This document shows positions 26,950-40,200 of a stretch of 64,000 bases of DNA, one piece after another. Position 1 is the stretch's first letter; every line of letters starts with the position of its first letter. Both the position numbers and the translations under genes were made by a program. Where the stretch lies: assembly GCA_904063045.1 (NCBI GenBank), contig CAJFCJ010000020.1, positions 124,001 through 188,000 of the forward strand, in the 5' to 3' direction. The notes beneath the pieces are model-generated. The model was not told the origin of the DNA and ran no database searches. It was given only the letters and a program-made list of their open reading frames with translations. Source of the DNA: Dimorphilus gyrociliatus (Eukaryota > Animalia > Annelida).

Positions 26950-29900
26950 ATCCTTATTTTGCGATTTATTCTATTTGAACATTCGTCTTCTATTTCAGAT
27001 TTGAGGCTTCATTGTAGTATTCTATAAGCCGAACTTCTAAAGGCTGAACATGAGCTGCTTTAGTATAAATACTTGATCTTCGTAATTGAATCCTGTTCGT
27101 CAATGATCTAACGTTGTTCTTTTTCACTTCTAAGGTTTTTTCCAGTTCTTTTATTCATTTTTCCGCACTAAAAGCACTAGATTTATTTGGGTTTACAGGT
27201 TCTTTTTTGATGGTTAAGCGTCTCTATTTGCTGACACACCAGAATTCGGATATTCATTTCCTGCACAATCGATGCTCCAAAGAACCTATTGTACTTTTAA
27301 AATAATAATTTGAAGTCGATACAGCTTCACTCGATTCTTTTAAGCTGACACTAACGCCTGAAATGTCTAAATCTAGTTCACTTTTACAAAGTTATTCCTT
27401 CCTTCCTTAGCTCTGTCGCAAAAGAATGTGGTGGTTTCTGAATCGGAGGGAAGCTTAATTATTTTTCCATTATACTTTTTATTGTCTTTATATGTCGCTT
27501 CAAGTGCTAAACACCCACGCAATTATCATTCTTCTCAAGAGCTTCTTTGAGTTTTATGTCAACTATTTCACTTGTTCTATCAATAATTTCTTTTCTGTTT
27601 GACAGTCTTTCAAATCATTCGCTGATTGTAGTAATTGAAATTCTAGTTCTCTTCTGCCTCTGACTTCTGATTGTAATTGCTCTAAGGAATGGTTATGTGG
27701 CTACAACTATAAGTTCTTGGAACACTATTGTTCACGAAAATCTTCTATTTCACCCCTGACTTTGCCCAATTTCTCGGTCATTGCTTCCTTTTTCCTTCTG
27801 GCTGTAGGTCAAATCATTAATGAAATCGTTCCGAATGTTCTCAAGCGTATGCTAAAATTTTATTCATTCTTAGTTTAAAGTTCCTCTTTATTCACTATAT
27901 CATCCTTTCTTTTGAGGTTGTTTTTTCCACTTGTATTCCTCATCGCTACGAGCCCTAATTATTTCCACTTTGCACCTGTCTTCTTTCAACTAAACCTCTA
28001 ATCTTCAGTGTCTTATTCTAACATCACTTGTTTTTCTGTTTACTTATACGTTGTACAATAGTCTGAATATCTTCCCATGTTCATATTTAAGTTTTCTCGT
28101 TTCTATTGATGAGAAGAAACATGATTCCTTTAATCGAGTTATATAACTGTATGTTCATTTAATTTCATTAAACCTCTTTCCAATTCATTAAATAGATTGT
28201 ATAGAATCATTTCCAAGCAGCATTCCTCTTCGTTAACTTTTTGAAGGCTTTAGTTAAGTATCTCTCTAACTCTTGTAGCAACCTTCGATAAACTGCAGAC
28301 TAGGCCGAAAGAGTCACTTGTTGTCCTCGAAACTATGCTATTTTTTTTATTGAACGTCGGTTGTTACTGTCCTCTAATGTCGGAGAATTTCTGCTAACTT
28401 CGACTTGCATACACTCAATTAAATCTATCAAATGTTCACTATTTCGCTCCAAGGCCAATTTGTTCGCTTCACATTTATCGAGAATCGATCGTATTTTATC
28501 TAAATCGCATTTTAAATTACAATTCTCTTTAGTCTTCGATTTATTCTCTTGCAAGATCTTCTCAATATCCTGTCTGCTCGTCATATTTTCCTCTACCATT
28601 AAATTAAGCTTGGTGTTCATAACCTGAAAATCCGATTTAGCAGTTCCTATCGTATTAGCAGGATTGTGTGACTTTTTTGTCTTTGATCAGCAATTTTTTC
28701 CATCGAAACTAAGTTCCATTGTCATATTTTACGAATTTCAACGGAATCTCTCTAATATCTTTAGCTCCTATAATCTTATTCTTAAAATCTTTATTTAGCT
28801 TTTTTCGAGTCAGTTTCTTTTTAAGTGCGTTTGATTTACTATTAAAATCTTTCAAAAAAGTGGCAATTCATATTCTTAACTTTGCTTACTTGCTTTTTAC
28901 TCTTTTTCATTTCACTGCTTAATTATATTCATCAGTTTAATCTTTTCAAAGCATCACTTTTTATAGCTTTCTATCCAGTTCCGTGTTTTGTTTGGAAATC
29001 GTGACTAAATCTTGACTAGACATTTTTACTTCGTTATATAAAACTCATTCTCAACTTGTAGATATCTGTTTCTTATTTCAATCCTCAGTATTGATTTCGT
29101 ATGTTACTTAACTTGCTGGAAACTTACCGTAAAGTTTTTACGTAGTCATCAACTTGTGCAAATTAGCCGTTTCAGATATTTCTAAGTGTATTTTTGTAGT
29201 CATTAGCTAAAAATATCCATTAATTTATCATTTGCTTTAATAAATTTTCATAGTATTCCAATTATAAAAATCGGAAATAGACTTGTACAAATTAGTCAAC
29301 ATAATTGAGCGATGTTACCTTATATTTTGTTGGGTTTCTTCCAAGAATATCGACGCCTCCGTACGTAATACTATCATTCTACGTTTGATGCCATTCTTTA
29401 AAACTACTAATTCGTCCTTCAAATAACTGAAACTTGTCACTAATTCTTCTATTTTTAAACGAATCTTGAAATTTACACTAAATTCAGTCTAAAAATGGAA
29501 TTTGTGGAAATTTGTACAACTTCTTTCAGATTTATAGCGATCGAATTTTTCACCTCTATGTCCTCTGCGGATAGATCCCCGAAGAATTGATCCACTAAAA
29601 TCGAAAGTCGCAAGTCTATATCCTTTCCAACGATATATGTAATAGCGTCACATACTTGAGAATAAAGACTAATAAATGACTTCTCAGTATGAGCTTTTAA
29701 TTTCATCTGCAATGAATTAGGCCTTGAAACTGCCTTCTTTCATTTTTTTTATCAATTCAGAGAAATAGTGAGATAATTCTCTTATAAGTCGAGTCGAGCC
29801 AAAACTTAGTCAATAATTTATAAATATCTATTGTCTTTTCCATCGAAATTCTCTGCTAATCTTTTTTTTTCAACACCTTCTAATTGATTTTCTTTTAAAT

Positions 29901-30100
29901 TACAACTTTTAGTTTATTATTACTACTTTCTTCATCGGAAATTTGCTTATTCGCTTCAAACTTAATTGAGGAAGCTTCCGAACAGGCTGCTAGCAAATAG
30001 ACTTTATATTTTCATTGTATGAAATTCGTCAAATGTATATTATAGGCCTACCAAGCTTCTTTTTAAAAGATAATACTATCTTTGGTTTCCGAAGTCATTG
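26950..30100 (-). pseudogene. Decayed coiled-coil protein gene (multiple in-frame stops and frameshifts); boundaries approximate
   Basis: Minus-strand K/E/N/L-rich heptad-like peptides in broken frames, e.g. 28620-28333 (MNTKLNLMVEENMTSRQDIEKILQENK...) continuing past in-frame TAGs; EVKMSSQDLVTISKQNTELDRKL*; LKENQLEGVEKKRLAENFDGKDNRYL*. Residual splice sites remain (acceptor GATTTTCAG at 28624, donor GTAAGT near 29127). Confidence 0.6.
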
Positions 30101-30599
30101 GCAATAATCACCTATGATCCTACAAGGAATTCCACAGCTCCACTAGATACTGATAGACGCAATCGTAATCGCCTTCAGAGCTTTAACGGTCAAGGTTATT
30201 AAAATCCTATTCTCTTTAGTTTTTTTTGGTTTTTTAAAGGAAAAGAGCGGAAATATTCAAACTGGACTGACAAAAAGGCATGTCAAATCCTTTACCGAGC
30301 AATGCAAATTTACATAACAATTCTCGGACAATAAACACAATGAATTTTTTAGTATATGGACACTAGATGACGCGTTAGTTTGTCTGCAACGAAGGGCGGC
30401 GTTTCCCTGATATGCCTCCCCATTTTTTACACTGTTATAAATAGGCCATTTCAAAGACTAAGCCTTTTGCAGTTGGAAAAAATATATACATTTATAATTA
30501 TTCTTTTAAGACAATTTTTTTACTATCATCTACAAATATAGAAATAGTAAAAGAGATGCTCTAGTGCAATGTAAGAACGCATGCGGCGTTCTGACAAGC

Positions 30600-30660
30600 A
30601 AAAATCAATAATTGGCAGCCTAGCCGGTGACGTCATACGTGGATAGCAAGATGGCGGCAA
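30600..30660. promoter_or_regulatory. unc-13 proximal promoter (possibly bidirectional with the coiled-coil pseudogene)
   Basis: ATTGG (reverse CCAAT) 30611-30615, full CRE TGACGTCA 30628-30635, YY1-type AAGATGGCGGC 30648-30658, about 120-170 nt upstream of the ATG at 30778. Confidence 0.6.
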
Positions 30661-30777
30661 TTGGACGACACGAAAGCGACTAGTGCTGGTTTTTTTGCCG
30701 CGTTAGTGTTCTTTAATGGATTAACGTCGGAGGAGGATATGCGCGTTTCTCCCGCACGCGTTTAGTTTATACCTGAG

Positions 30778-33700
30778 ATGTCTTTGTTAACCGTATGTGG
30801 TAAGTCTTGGTGATTTTAGTGCTTGTTTCTTCATCGATCTTTAAATTTTCATTTGATGATAACCCCCGCTTTTTTCTACCCTGCAATAGTGAAAAAGGCC
30901 AGGCTAACTGGACCCGATGGTTGGTATCTTATGATTTTATGTTGTACAAATATAAGGATAAATTTTTAAATATATAAAGGAAACGTAGATGGATATATTA
31001 GTTTGTATTTACATTTATATATATTTATATGCTAAATATATAACATTAAAAGAAACAAACCTAAGTACAAATATATATATATATATATATATTCTTTTTA
31101 TTATTCAAATGTATATATATATATATATATATATACATTTATTATAAATATGTATTATATAATATATTAGTATATATATATATATTTATATATATGTACG
31201 AATAAGTAAATCATGTAGATTTAATGTTTAGAAATGTTCTTTTACTTTGTATATACACATAAATTGATAGATTGAAGGTATAGTCTATGTTTATTTATGT
31301 GTATATACAAACCAAACTTTTAATTGATCATTCAACAAAACACCTCTCTCTCGTCATATTATCTTTAATCGCAGCGGCAATTGCAGAAAAATTTCATACA
31401 TACGTCACGCTTAAGCTGCAAAATGTAAAATCGACGACTGTAGCGGTCAGGGGGAACAACCCCAGTTGGGAACAGGATTTCTTATTGTAAGTATATTCCC
31501 TTTACCAGATACAGCTACTTTTTCCTATTAAGAATTTAAAAAGGATAAACATGTGTTTAAAAAAGGTATGGAAGAAAAAAGTATTGATAATTTTATAAGA
31601 ATTTTTCCCGCTATTAGTTTAATAATATGTACGGAGGAGGGCGCAAACGATTAGTGCAAATTGCACGTCACGCTATCGCTTGCATATATAGTAGGTGCTT
31701 CATCTCTTCCTAAGAAAGGAAATGATATATCAGACCTTATAAAAACGCAAGAAAAAGATGAAAAGCGTCGTCGATTGCATATGACTCAAGCGTCAAGTGA
31801 CTTATACGCCGACTTATATATAATGTATACGTATGCCTCTTGCAAAGCGTATATCCAGCGGACGATGGTTCTGCTGCTTGATTGATTATAGACGCGTAAC
31901 AAAGTGAATAACGATTTCTAACGATCCTTTTAAATACCCTACCGATACTTACTTATTGCAACAATCGACTACTAGCGAGCGCCTCGTTTATAATTATACA
32001 TTATGTAAACAAGCGACGCTTTATGTATAACGGCAGCCTTCGAAATTCCCTCATTGTCTACCGAAAAATCGTCAATTATTTATGAACATACGGCGTCGTT
32101 CATCATTTCCGGCGATCTATAACGTTTCTAGGCCGAAACGATTAATCGAAGCCGTAAGACGGCGCTTTTATTAGCTTCTGATTATAATTCATCGAATTTA
32201 TTTTTGTGTTTTTTCTTCTCGAGAGAACTATTTTTAAAAATAGGGTTAAACTAGTATGCCTTTAATTTGAACTACCAGTATACTTATTATATACTTCAAG
32301 GATTACTCATACTATATATAAATGTACTTAATCACACATTTCTATACAAAAGCATACTATATATATCTATATATATATATATACACTATATATATATATA
32401 TATATTTTCATAACAGTCCTAAATGACCATCTTTTAACACGACGTTAAGAACATTTGCAGTCTCCGCCGTCACTGTCGTCCAAGATTAATGTCCTTATCT
32501 GCAAATGCGTCTTTGCAAAGAGTATTAGCGCGTTTTTCTTTCTATAGTCCTCCTTTTGATATAATATCTCCTATCTATAACATAAAAAAAATTCCAGACA
32601 TCACTAATTTACACAGACATACATTTATGCATATTTGCATACATATACGTGCATATAATATGCTAGACAAATTGACTGATAGAAATAACATAACGACAAC
32701 GCTACAAATAAATAGAGCTCATTAAGATAAGTATATTAAATATTTACTGATGGCTACCCTAGTAGTGCTCTTTGGTTCTAAATATCTTTCTTTTGTTCTC
32801 TTTTTATTATTACATCTGTAGCGTCTAAATGAGTCCATCTTTGGTATCTATATCTTTTTTCAAAGTAAGAATCTCTTCTTCCTCAGCGTCCGTTTACTGC
32901 ACTTTCTCACCCTCTGTCATTTATTCCACCCACACCGCCCATACAAACGTTTCATTGGTTATCGATAATTTTAAAGAGTTTCAAGTCCTAGTTTAATGGA
33001 TCATATATTATGTATGAATTGGAATGAAGCACCTATATAATTTTTTTTCAATATTGAACGGTAGAAAGGTTAAGGTCGAGGTATCAGTAAACATTTATTT
33101 ACCAGGAAAGAGATGAAAAATGTAGTACATATGCATTAACATATTTACATTGTGGGGGTCCTTTATTTACTAGATATAATAATTTTATTTTCTAATAAAT
33201 TAGGACGTTTTCTCCGAAATTACAAAACTCTTTTAAAAATATGAATGCATTAAATATTTTCCTCTGAATTATTTATTTCATCTTTTTAATGAAAAAAAAT
33301 ATGTATATAATCTACATATTTTACTTTTCAAATATATTTTCGACAATTTTACTTATATATGCAAACTAGTCTGATCATTTTCTGCCTCCTCCGGGGCATC
33401 TCTATGCCCGCTTGACGTACATTTTCCCTCTCATTTCCAATAATGTAATAAACAACACAGCGAATTGATGCGGTTGGATACTGGTCTGATCATCGAACTT
33501 TGGAATAAAGGAATGTTCTGGGACAGTCTAATCGGAACGCATTGGCTGCCTTTAATGGGTGTACGGCATTCAAATCATGTACGAGTTTTTTGTCAATATA
33601 CATGTCTTCTTTTGCCTTCTAAAATTTATTCAAAGTCCTTTCAAACTTTTTTCTTCTTATATGAAACAGGAAGGCGCTGGGAAATGGTTATCTCTCGATA

Positions 33701-34170
33701 GCGATTTAATCATGAAAAATGGTGAAGTAATCGGTACTCAAACTCCGACCGGCCATAGCGTCCTGATAGATGTCAGATTCGAATTGCCTTGCGGTTAGTA
33801 CGTATAGACCAACGCTCCTATAAAACGCTTCGTCAATAAAGTTAATTTAAGCTGAATGCGCCTTTTTGTTCATCGCAGTCGATACAATCCCGGCTTACGC
33901 GTTTTTCTCTTCTTTCCAATTTTGTATTTTACTCACACATTACTCGATTTATAGGTCGCCGCCTTTCCCCTTTTTCTTATATTTTATACTTTTTTCCCAT
34001 ATAGTATCCCTTTATGACATCCATATTAGAAATGTATATTTTAAATGCGTTTATTAAATACTATAGCGACGCAAATTTTTAACTAAAAATATATCTATTA
34101 CATTGTGTTTTTCGTGTTTTTTCGCTATTTTTGTGTCGTGCTTATCGTACACTGTAAACAGAATTCGTTA

Positions 34171-34217
<47 letters not shown>

Positions 34218-37200
34218 TCATAGCTATATTTAGGCTATTGATGCTTTCTTTACTCCTTTTCAATCGTCTTCAGCTTCTTTCTAGTACTATCATAACGTAC
34301 GGTCAGCTTTCTATATCTTGATTTAAAAAGAAATCGATTTTTCCCTTCACAATAAGCAATCATTTAGGAAATTCAGTTGCCTCCCTCTCGTTCTATTGCG
34401 CTCTCTCCTGTCTTTCTTCCCTATACCGCCCCCACTTTCCTTCTTTTTCTTCCTCTACTTGCACATCAGTGATATTATATAAATATATAAAGTATGATAC
34501 CACTTTATTAGCTGCGACGAAATCTCTTTTTGCTTAACAGATATCCCCGAAGCGGAAGCGGCCGAATTGCAGAACAAATTGGAAGTATTAAACGGAATAA
34601 TGGATGAAGAGATGCTAACGCTTCAAGAACAACAACGAAAGGCCACCTATTCGCAATGTACGTATTACGTAGGCGTTTTGTACGTAAAGTATTAAAAATC
34701 CCAGTATGCGATTACCATCGTTTCTTGATTGATGCGATCGTCTGATGTCTCTCTTTTAAATCATCTTCGTTCCCAGTTTGCTTTCCTCCAGCTACTTCTT
34801 GTTTTAAATCACGTGATATTTGTAAACGTTGCAGCAGGGATGAGTGAAGATTCCGATTACACATCAGACGTCAACTATCCTCTTCAGCATCAGTATAATG
34901 CCAGTGTCCATCAGTATGGTGGAGTGGCTAGAAATGAACAATGGCGAATGGTTAGGCAGGATACAATTGATCAAAGAGATTATTATCCCCGATCGTCCGA
35001 CCTTGAAAACCATGTCGCTCCCGAATATGAGCAACACTATGAAAAAGGTTATGAAAGAGGATGCTCAATTGAGCAATCTTTCTCCCAAGAATATGATGAT
35101 TATCAGCCATCTTCGCAACCTGTACATTCGCATCAACCGCTTCATCACCGACAAAAGCCGTCATCACAAAGATATCCTCAGTTAGAATCATTCGACTCTT
35201 ATGACCGTTCAGCCTCGTACGACCAGGATTATTATAATCCGGAATCGGACTCCGAACCACTCTACTATAATAGTCGACCAAAAGAGCAGCACTTGAACGG
35301 ACACAGGTAGCCTATCCTTGTGATTTATTTTTCTATTAATTAAGATATGAGAGTCACTCAAATGTTTAATTGCCTAATTTGTTTTTAAATATTTCTATAG
35401 ACTGCCTAGGCAATACGATTCGTGGGAAGAACAAACAGAAGATGACAGGTAATTATCGGTTGGTTTGCATATTTCATCGAGCATGCTCGATGCTAGTTTT
35501 CGCTTGAAGAGTTTCCACATTTTTCGCTTTTCGTTTGATCTGGGAGTGCCACGTCTATCCTTTCCGTTTTTTTTCATTCCGCAGATATTACGGAAGTAAC
35601 TACGATTATCAATGGCAACCTAGCGAAGAATCTTACGACGACTATGAATACAATCGCTACGATCGGTCGGTTTTCTTTCCTATTTTTATATTGCCAGTTT
35701 TTATCTTTTGTTTGTATTGCAAATTATCATTTATTACTATCAATTATCATCTTAGCAATTACAATGATTAGTTATCGTGTGTTACGGGTGACGATTGTTT
35801 CATTATATTCTGGGCGTCGCGATTCATGATCGATTTTCGCCTACGTATGTAGATTAACAAAAGAATATAATGGAAATATACAGTAAAGTAAATATAATAA
35901 AGAAAATGATATGTACTATATATTATATAGTATGTATCTTAAATTCTGCCTATATGCAATATATATACAATATAAACATATAAATATATATAATAATTAT
36001 GTATATACATATTTATATTATATAATGTATATTATCTTTTAACTTTCAAGACAATAAAAAACCACGTTTAATACTTTATATATAACGTATCAAACATTTC
36101 CAACGGAACCCTTTTTTTTATCTCTCTGTCTCTCTTTAGTAGATCGACTCACGGATGGGATACTGATGACGTCAGCGTAATAGAACAGCAAAATAGCACT
36201 AGACGACCTTCGTGGGATGTAAAAATGGTAGAAGACGACAAAAGGTAATTGAATCTCTTTTGCTACATTTTTAACTATTATTTATATATATATTAGATAA
36301 ATTTCTTATGCTTTTGCGAAAGTATATAAAGTATATACCCAATTATAAGATAAAGTATATACTATATATATGAAAATGTTCTTTTTATCTACTTTTCTTA
36401 TTTATCGTCTTTATTCTTTTGCTTGCACAATACTTTTTTCCTTTTTTTTGACGTTTTTTTTCTCTTTGTTTCTTCTACTATTGCATCAGATGGCAGAATG
36501 GAAGGCAATCTTCATGGGAGCCAGATGAGTGTTATCAACCGTCCAACAGGTATTTTAGCTTTTTCGAGATGAGTGAGCTCTATCTTTCCTCTATTCTATT
36601 CTTACGTTTCTCCGTTAAATAGAGAAGTGATATATAGGTTTCTATTATTTATTTAGAGACAAGAAAAGTTTTAAGATGATAACTGTTCCAGATCAGGCTT
36701 AGCTTTAATTAGTAGGAATAAATATTATCATAAATAGCAATGAGGCTAAGACGTCGAAAGAATGGTTGTTTTAATAACAATTATTATATTATTTATCTAT
36801 AAATAAGTAAATACACTGATTTCCATCGAGGCAGAAAATAAGTTGACATACCTCTTATTTAATAAAATTTCATCTCCACAAGCAGAAAGTTGATCCTTAT
36901 ATATGGCTGATTAGCAATTCTTTAGGTTATTGCCTTTGAACTATTCCTTTGTATTTAATTGAAAGTATTGAAATGGCTATTTGTACGATAAAGAAATTGT
37001 TGCAAAGACTAAAAACATATACTGTACTATTCTCTCTTTTTTCTTTTTTAACCATTAAAAGTAGCAGTTATTGCCTCCAATCTTTAAACCGATAATAGAT
37101 TTTATATTTACATATATAAAGTTATTAATTCAAGGGAATAGAAGTTATTGTTAGTAATAGAAAGTTTTATTAAGTAGAATTTATTGTCTCTGACACTGAG

Positions 37201-40200
37201 GGGAGATTCATATTGTATATTTATGTATAAATATTATATAAATAAAATTGTAAGAGAGATTGAGCTGAACTTAAGAAAATATAAACAGCGAACGACAATC
37301 CGAGTACGGACATCATTGGGCTAGGTCATCTAACCAGTCAGTTACCAGCACGCGGTACAGGTAAGTTTTGTTTATAGCATGACGTTGGCATCTAGAAACT
37401 TAAAACTTTATCTCTATTTAGTTTTTATTTAACTATATTTTTCACGCTTTCTTCTAAAAACAGAACATCAATATTTCTCTGTATGCTTTTTTTTTACACG
37501 TTTAAATATACAGTATAAAAGTATATATAGAATAATTATTATGCAAATTTTTTAATTATATACTGTATATGCACTGAATTCGCCCCACTGGAAAAAATCA
37601 TTCTTGACCTCTAACTCTTTCCTTACATAAATTGTTAAGAGTATTTTTTATTCGGTGAAAAATAGTGGATTAACATAATTTAAGTTAGTTATAGTGAATA
37701 CATATATATGGTATTTATTTATTAATAGCTAAATGGATGAACGTAGGACAATAGAAATTGATGATACGTGTACAAAAGAAACGATAAAATGTATAAAGAA
37801 TAAATTTGAGTACTTGTTTATATGTAACTAGAATTATATAGTACTTTTATAGCGATGGTAATTATTTTAAATACTGTCAACAGAAGACTGTACCAAATTT
37901 CAGTCATATATTAGGAATTTTGTTATTTGATCCTTGTATTTACTAAAACTTTAAATATGAGTCAACAACTGAAATGCAACCTTTATTAGTCTTCTAAACA
38001 ACTTACATGTACCCGTTTCCAAACCATTGCATCCTTCGTTCAACAGTAGTTGATGATCTAGTTTCAGACTAAAGAAACCAATTGGAAAAAAATAGCAAGA
38101 AAACCTTAACCGAGAAATCTCATAATATGCAAATTATAAAAGAATCTTCTGTGTTAAAAACAGCAACAATGAAGCGTAAAAATAAATGAGAGCTATTTGA
38201 AAATTAATAATTGCTACCTTACATTGTAACAAAGTTCGATGGCCTTAATTAGTTTCATAAAGTAGGCTACACAATAATATGTAATTTTTTCAGCGAATAG
38301 AAAAATAAATATTATTCAATTACAATTAATTTGTCATTAATTTCTTTTTTTTTGTAATTAATTGACCAAATCCGCCAAAAGAAACACCTCATTAGAGAAT
38401 ATAAAAGACAAATAGAAAATATACAGATGTTGATGTTTTTGTTTGTAGTTTTTTTGCTCGCAAAATGCATGGCTATAAATACTATAAATAAAACAATTGT
38501 CATAGTAGGAAAAGAGGCATATGCTAGATTATTTTCTACATTTTACTTTGTGTCCCAGGAAACAAGCTGGTGCTTGGCAACGACCAGAAGACGTTGATTA
38601 TGAAGAGGCTTTGACCAGCACTGAAAAACAGTAGGTGTCGCTCAACAAATGACAAAAATATTGTACTATTGGCCTATATAGAATTACTATTTTTCGACTA
38701 TATGCCTATAACATTATTATTGTTTATAGTGACTATTCCACGGCACCGGCTTCTTGGCCTGTCGACGATCCGGAGCCAACGCCTTATGAGTCGAGCGCCG
38801 ATCGCTACGCAGATCAAGTTGAATATAGGTATTATTAGAATCATCAAAAATATTAGTCTTTTTTTATACCAATACTTTTTTTTACATTTGCAAAATCGTA
38901 GCTCCGAAATGCCGCAATACGGAAACGATTTAAGCAGACAAAGCACACAAGATTTTAGCCCTCACGATAGTAAAATTTCCTCGGCAAATATCAGTCGACA
39001 GTCAACAGATTACCAAAGTGATTTAACTGCGGATTTCGAGCCAAATGCTGATATTCCTTCTCCTGCAAAAATTCGGTGGATTAATGCCTTCAATAAAATT
39101 TGCGCCAAACTTAATCAGGTATGCTAAAAAGCTTCGATTTTTTTCGTCCTATTCGTTTTAACAAATTTAACGGGTTACAGGAGGGAAGAGAAGGTCGACG
39201 GGCTGCAGAACATAATGCCTTTTATAATTCAATCGATAGTATGCCCGAAATTAAGCCTAGAAGAAAATCTATTCCGCTTGTCAGCGATTTGGTAAGTAAT
39301 AAGGGGTTTTCCATACAGGTTCTTTTCTTTCATTAAAGATAAAAAAATCAATTAAGTCTTGATTTACTTTAAGTAATTATGATCTTTAAAGCGTAGTTAA
39401 ATTTCTTAATGTATATATTGTATGGATATAAATATTTACCGACAAAGATAAACATAATTTACATGGTTTTTACATAGTAATATGTCTTTTTTTTATGTAA
39501 ACAATATAAATCACAAGCAAATTTGATTTTTATACTGCAAATCATAATCTTAAAAGTCAGTTTAAAATGATTTTTTATATAAATACTACAATAATTCCCA
39601 ATTCTATCTTATAAATATACTGTATATGTATATATGTATATATGTATATTGCATTCTTAAACATAAATATTAGTATATACATCGTTCAATTTGTTATTCA
39701 ACAGGTGATCAAGGTACATTTTTGTTTTAGCATTTGCCTTTTCTAATGCTTTTATCCTATTATCTATAAAAGACCTATTAACAAAAACCTTTTCAAAATG
39801 CATGTTGCATATGTTAGCTTCTTAGATACTTGACTAAATTTTCTATTGATATAAAATGCTCATTAATTTAAATATTTAGTTATGGGCTGCTACCTTATTA
39901 ATTTTTTTATCCTAATTACTTATATCCTTGAGAATGATTCTGCATGTAAACTTTTCTCTTCTTTCAAGTTCAATTTTCATAAAGTCCTCTCATGTATAAA
40001 AATGACTATTCGATTAACAGATATAATAGAGTATATGCATAAATCTATACTTTGTATAATAAAAATATATTTATGTATGGATGCATACACTAAACTTTAT
40101 TATATTTGTAAGTCATAGCCAAAAGTTTTTCAATGAATATTCTATTAAATAATTGAATGTTCAAGGAGATTTTTTCATATCTATTATCTGAATTGCATGC

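Noticed and set aside
26950-30100. Stop-codon reassignment or readthrough as the explanation for in-frame TAG/TAA in the coiled-coil region
   Set aside because: Frameshifts are also present, and neighbouring genes use TAG, TAA and TGA as normal terminators.
34844-35185. 113-aa alternative-frame ORF overlapping unc-13 exon 7
   Set aside because: No splice phase or motif support; expected by chance in a low-complexity exon.
35774-35846. Possible eighth small unc-13 exon (acceptor ATGATTAG, donor GTATGT)
   Set aside because: It contains an in-frame TGA in the required phase.
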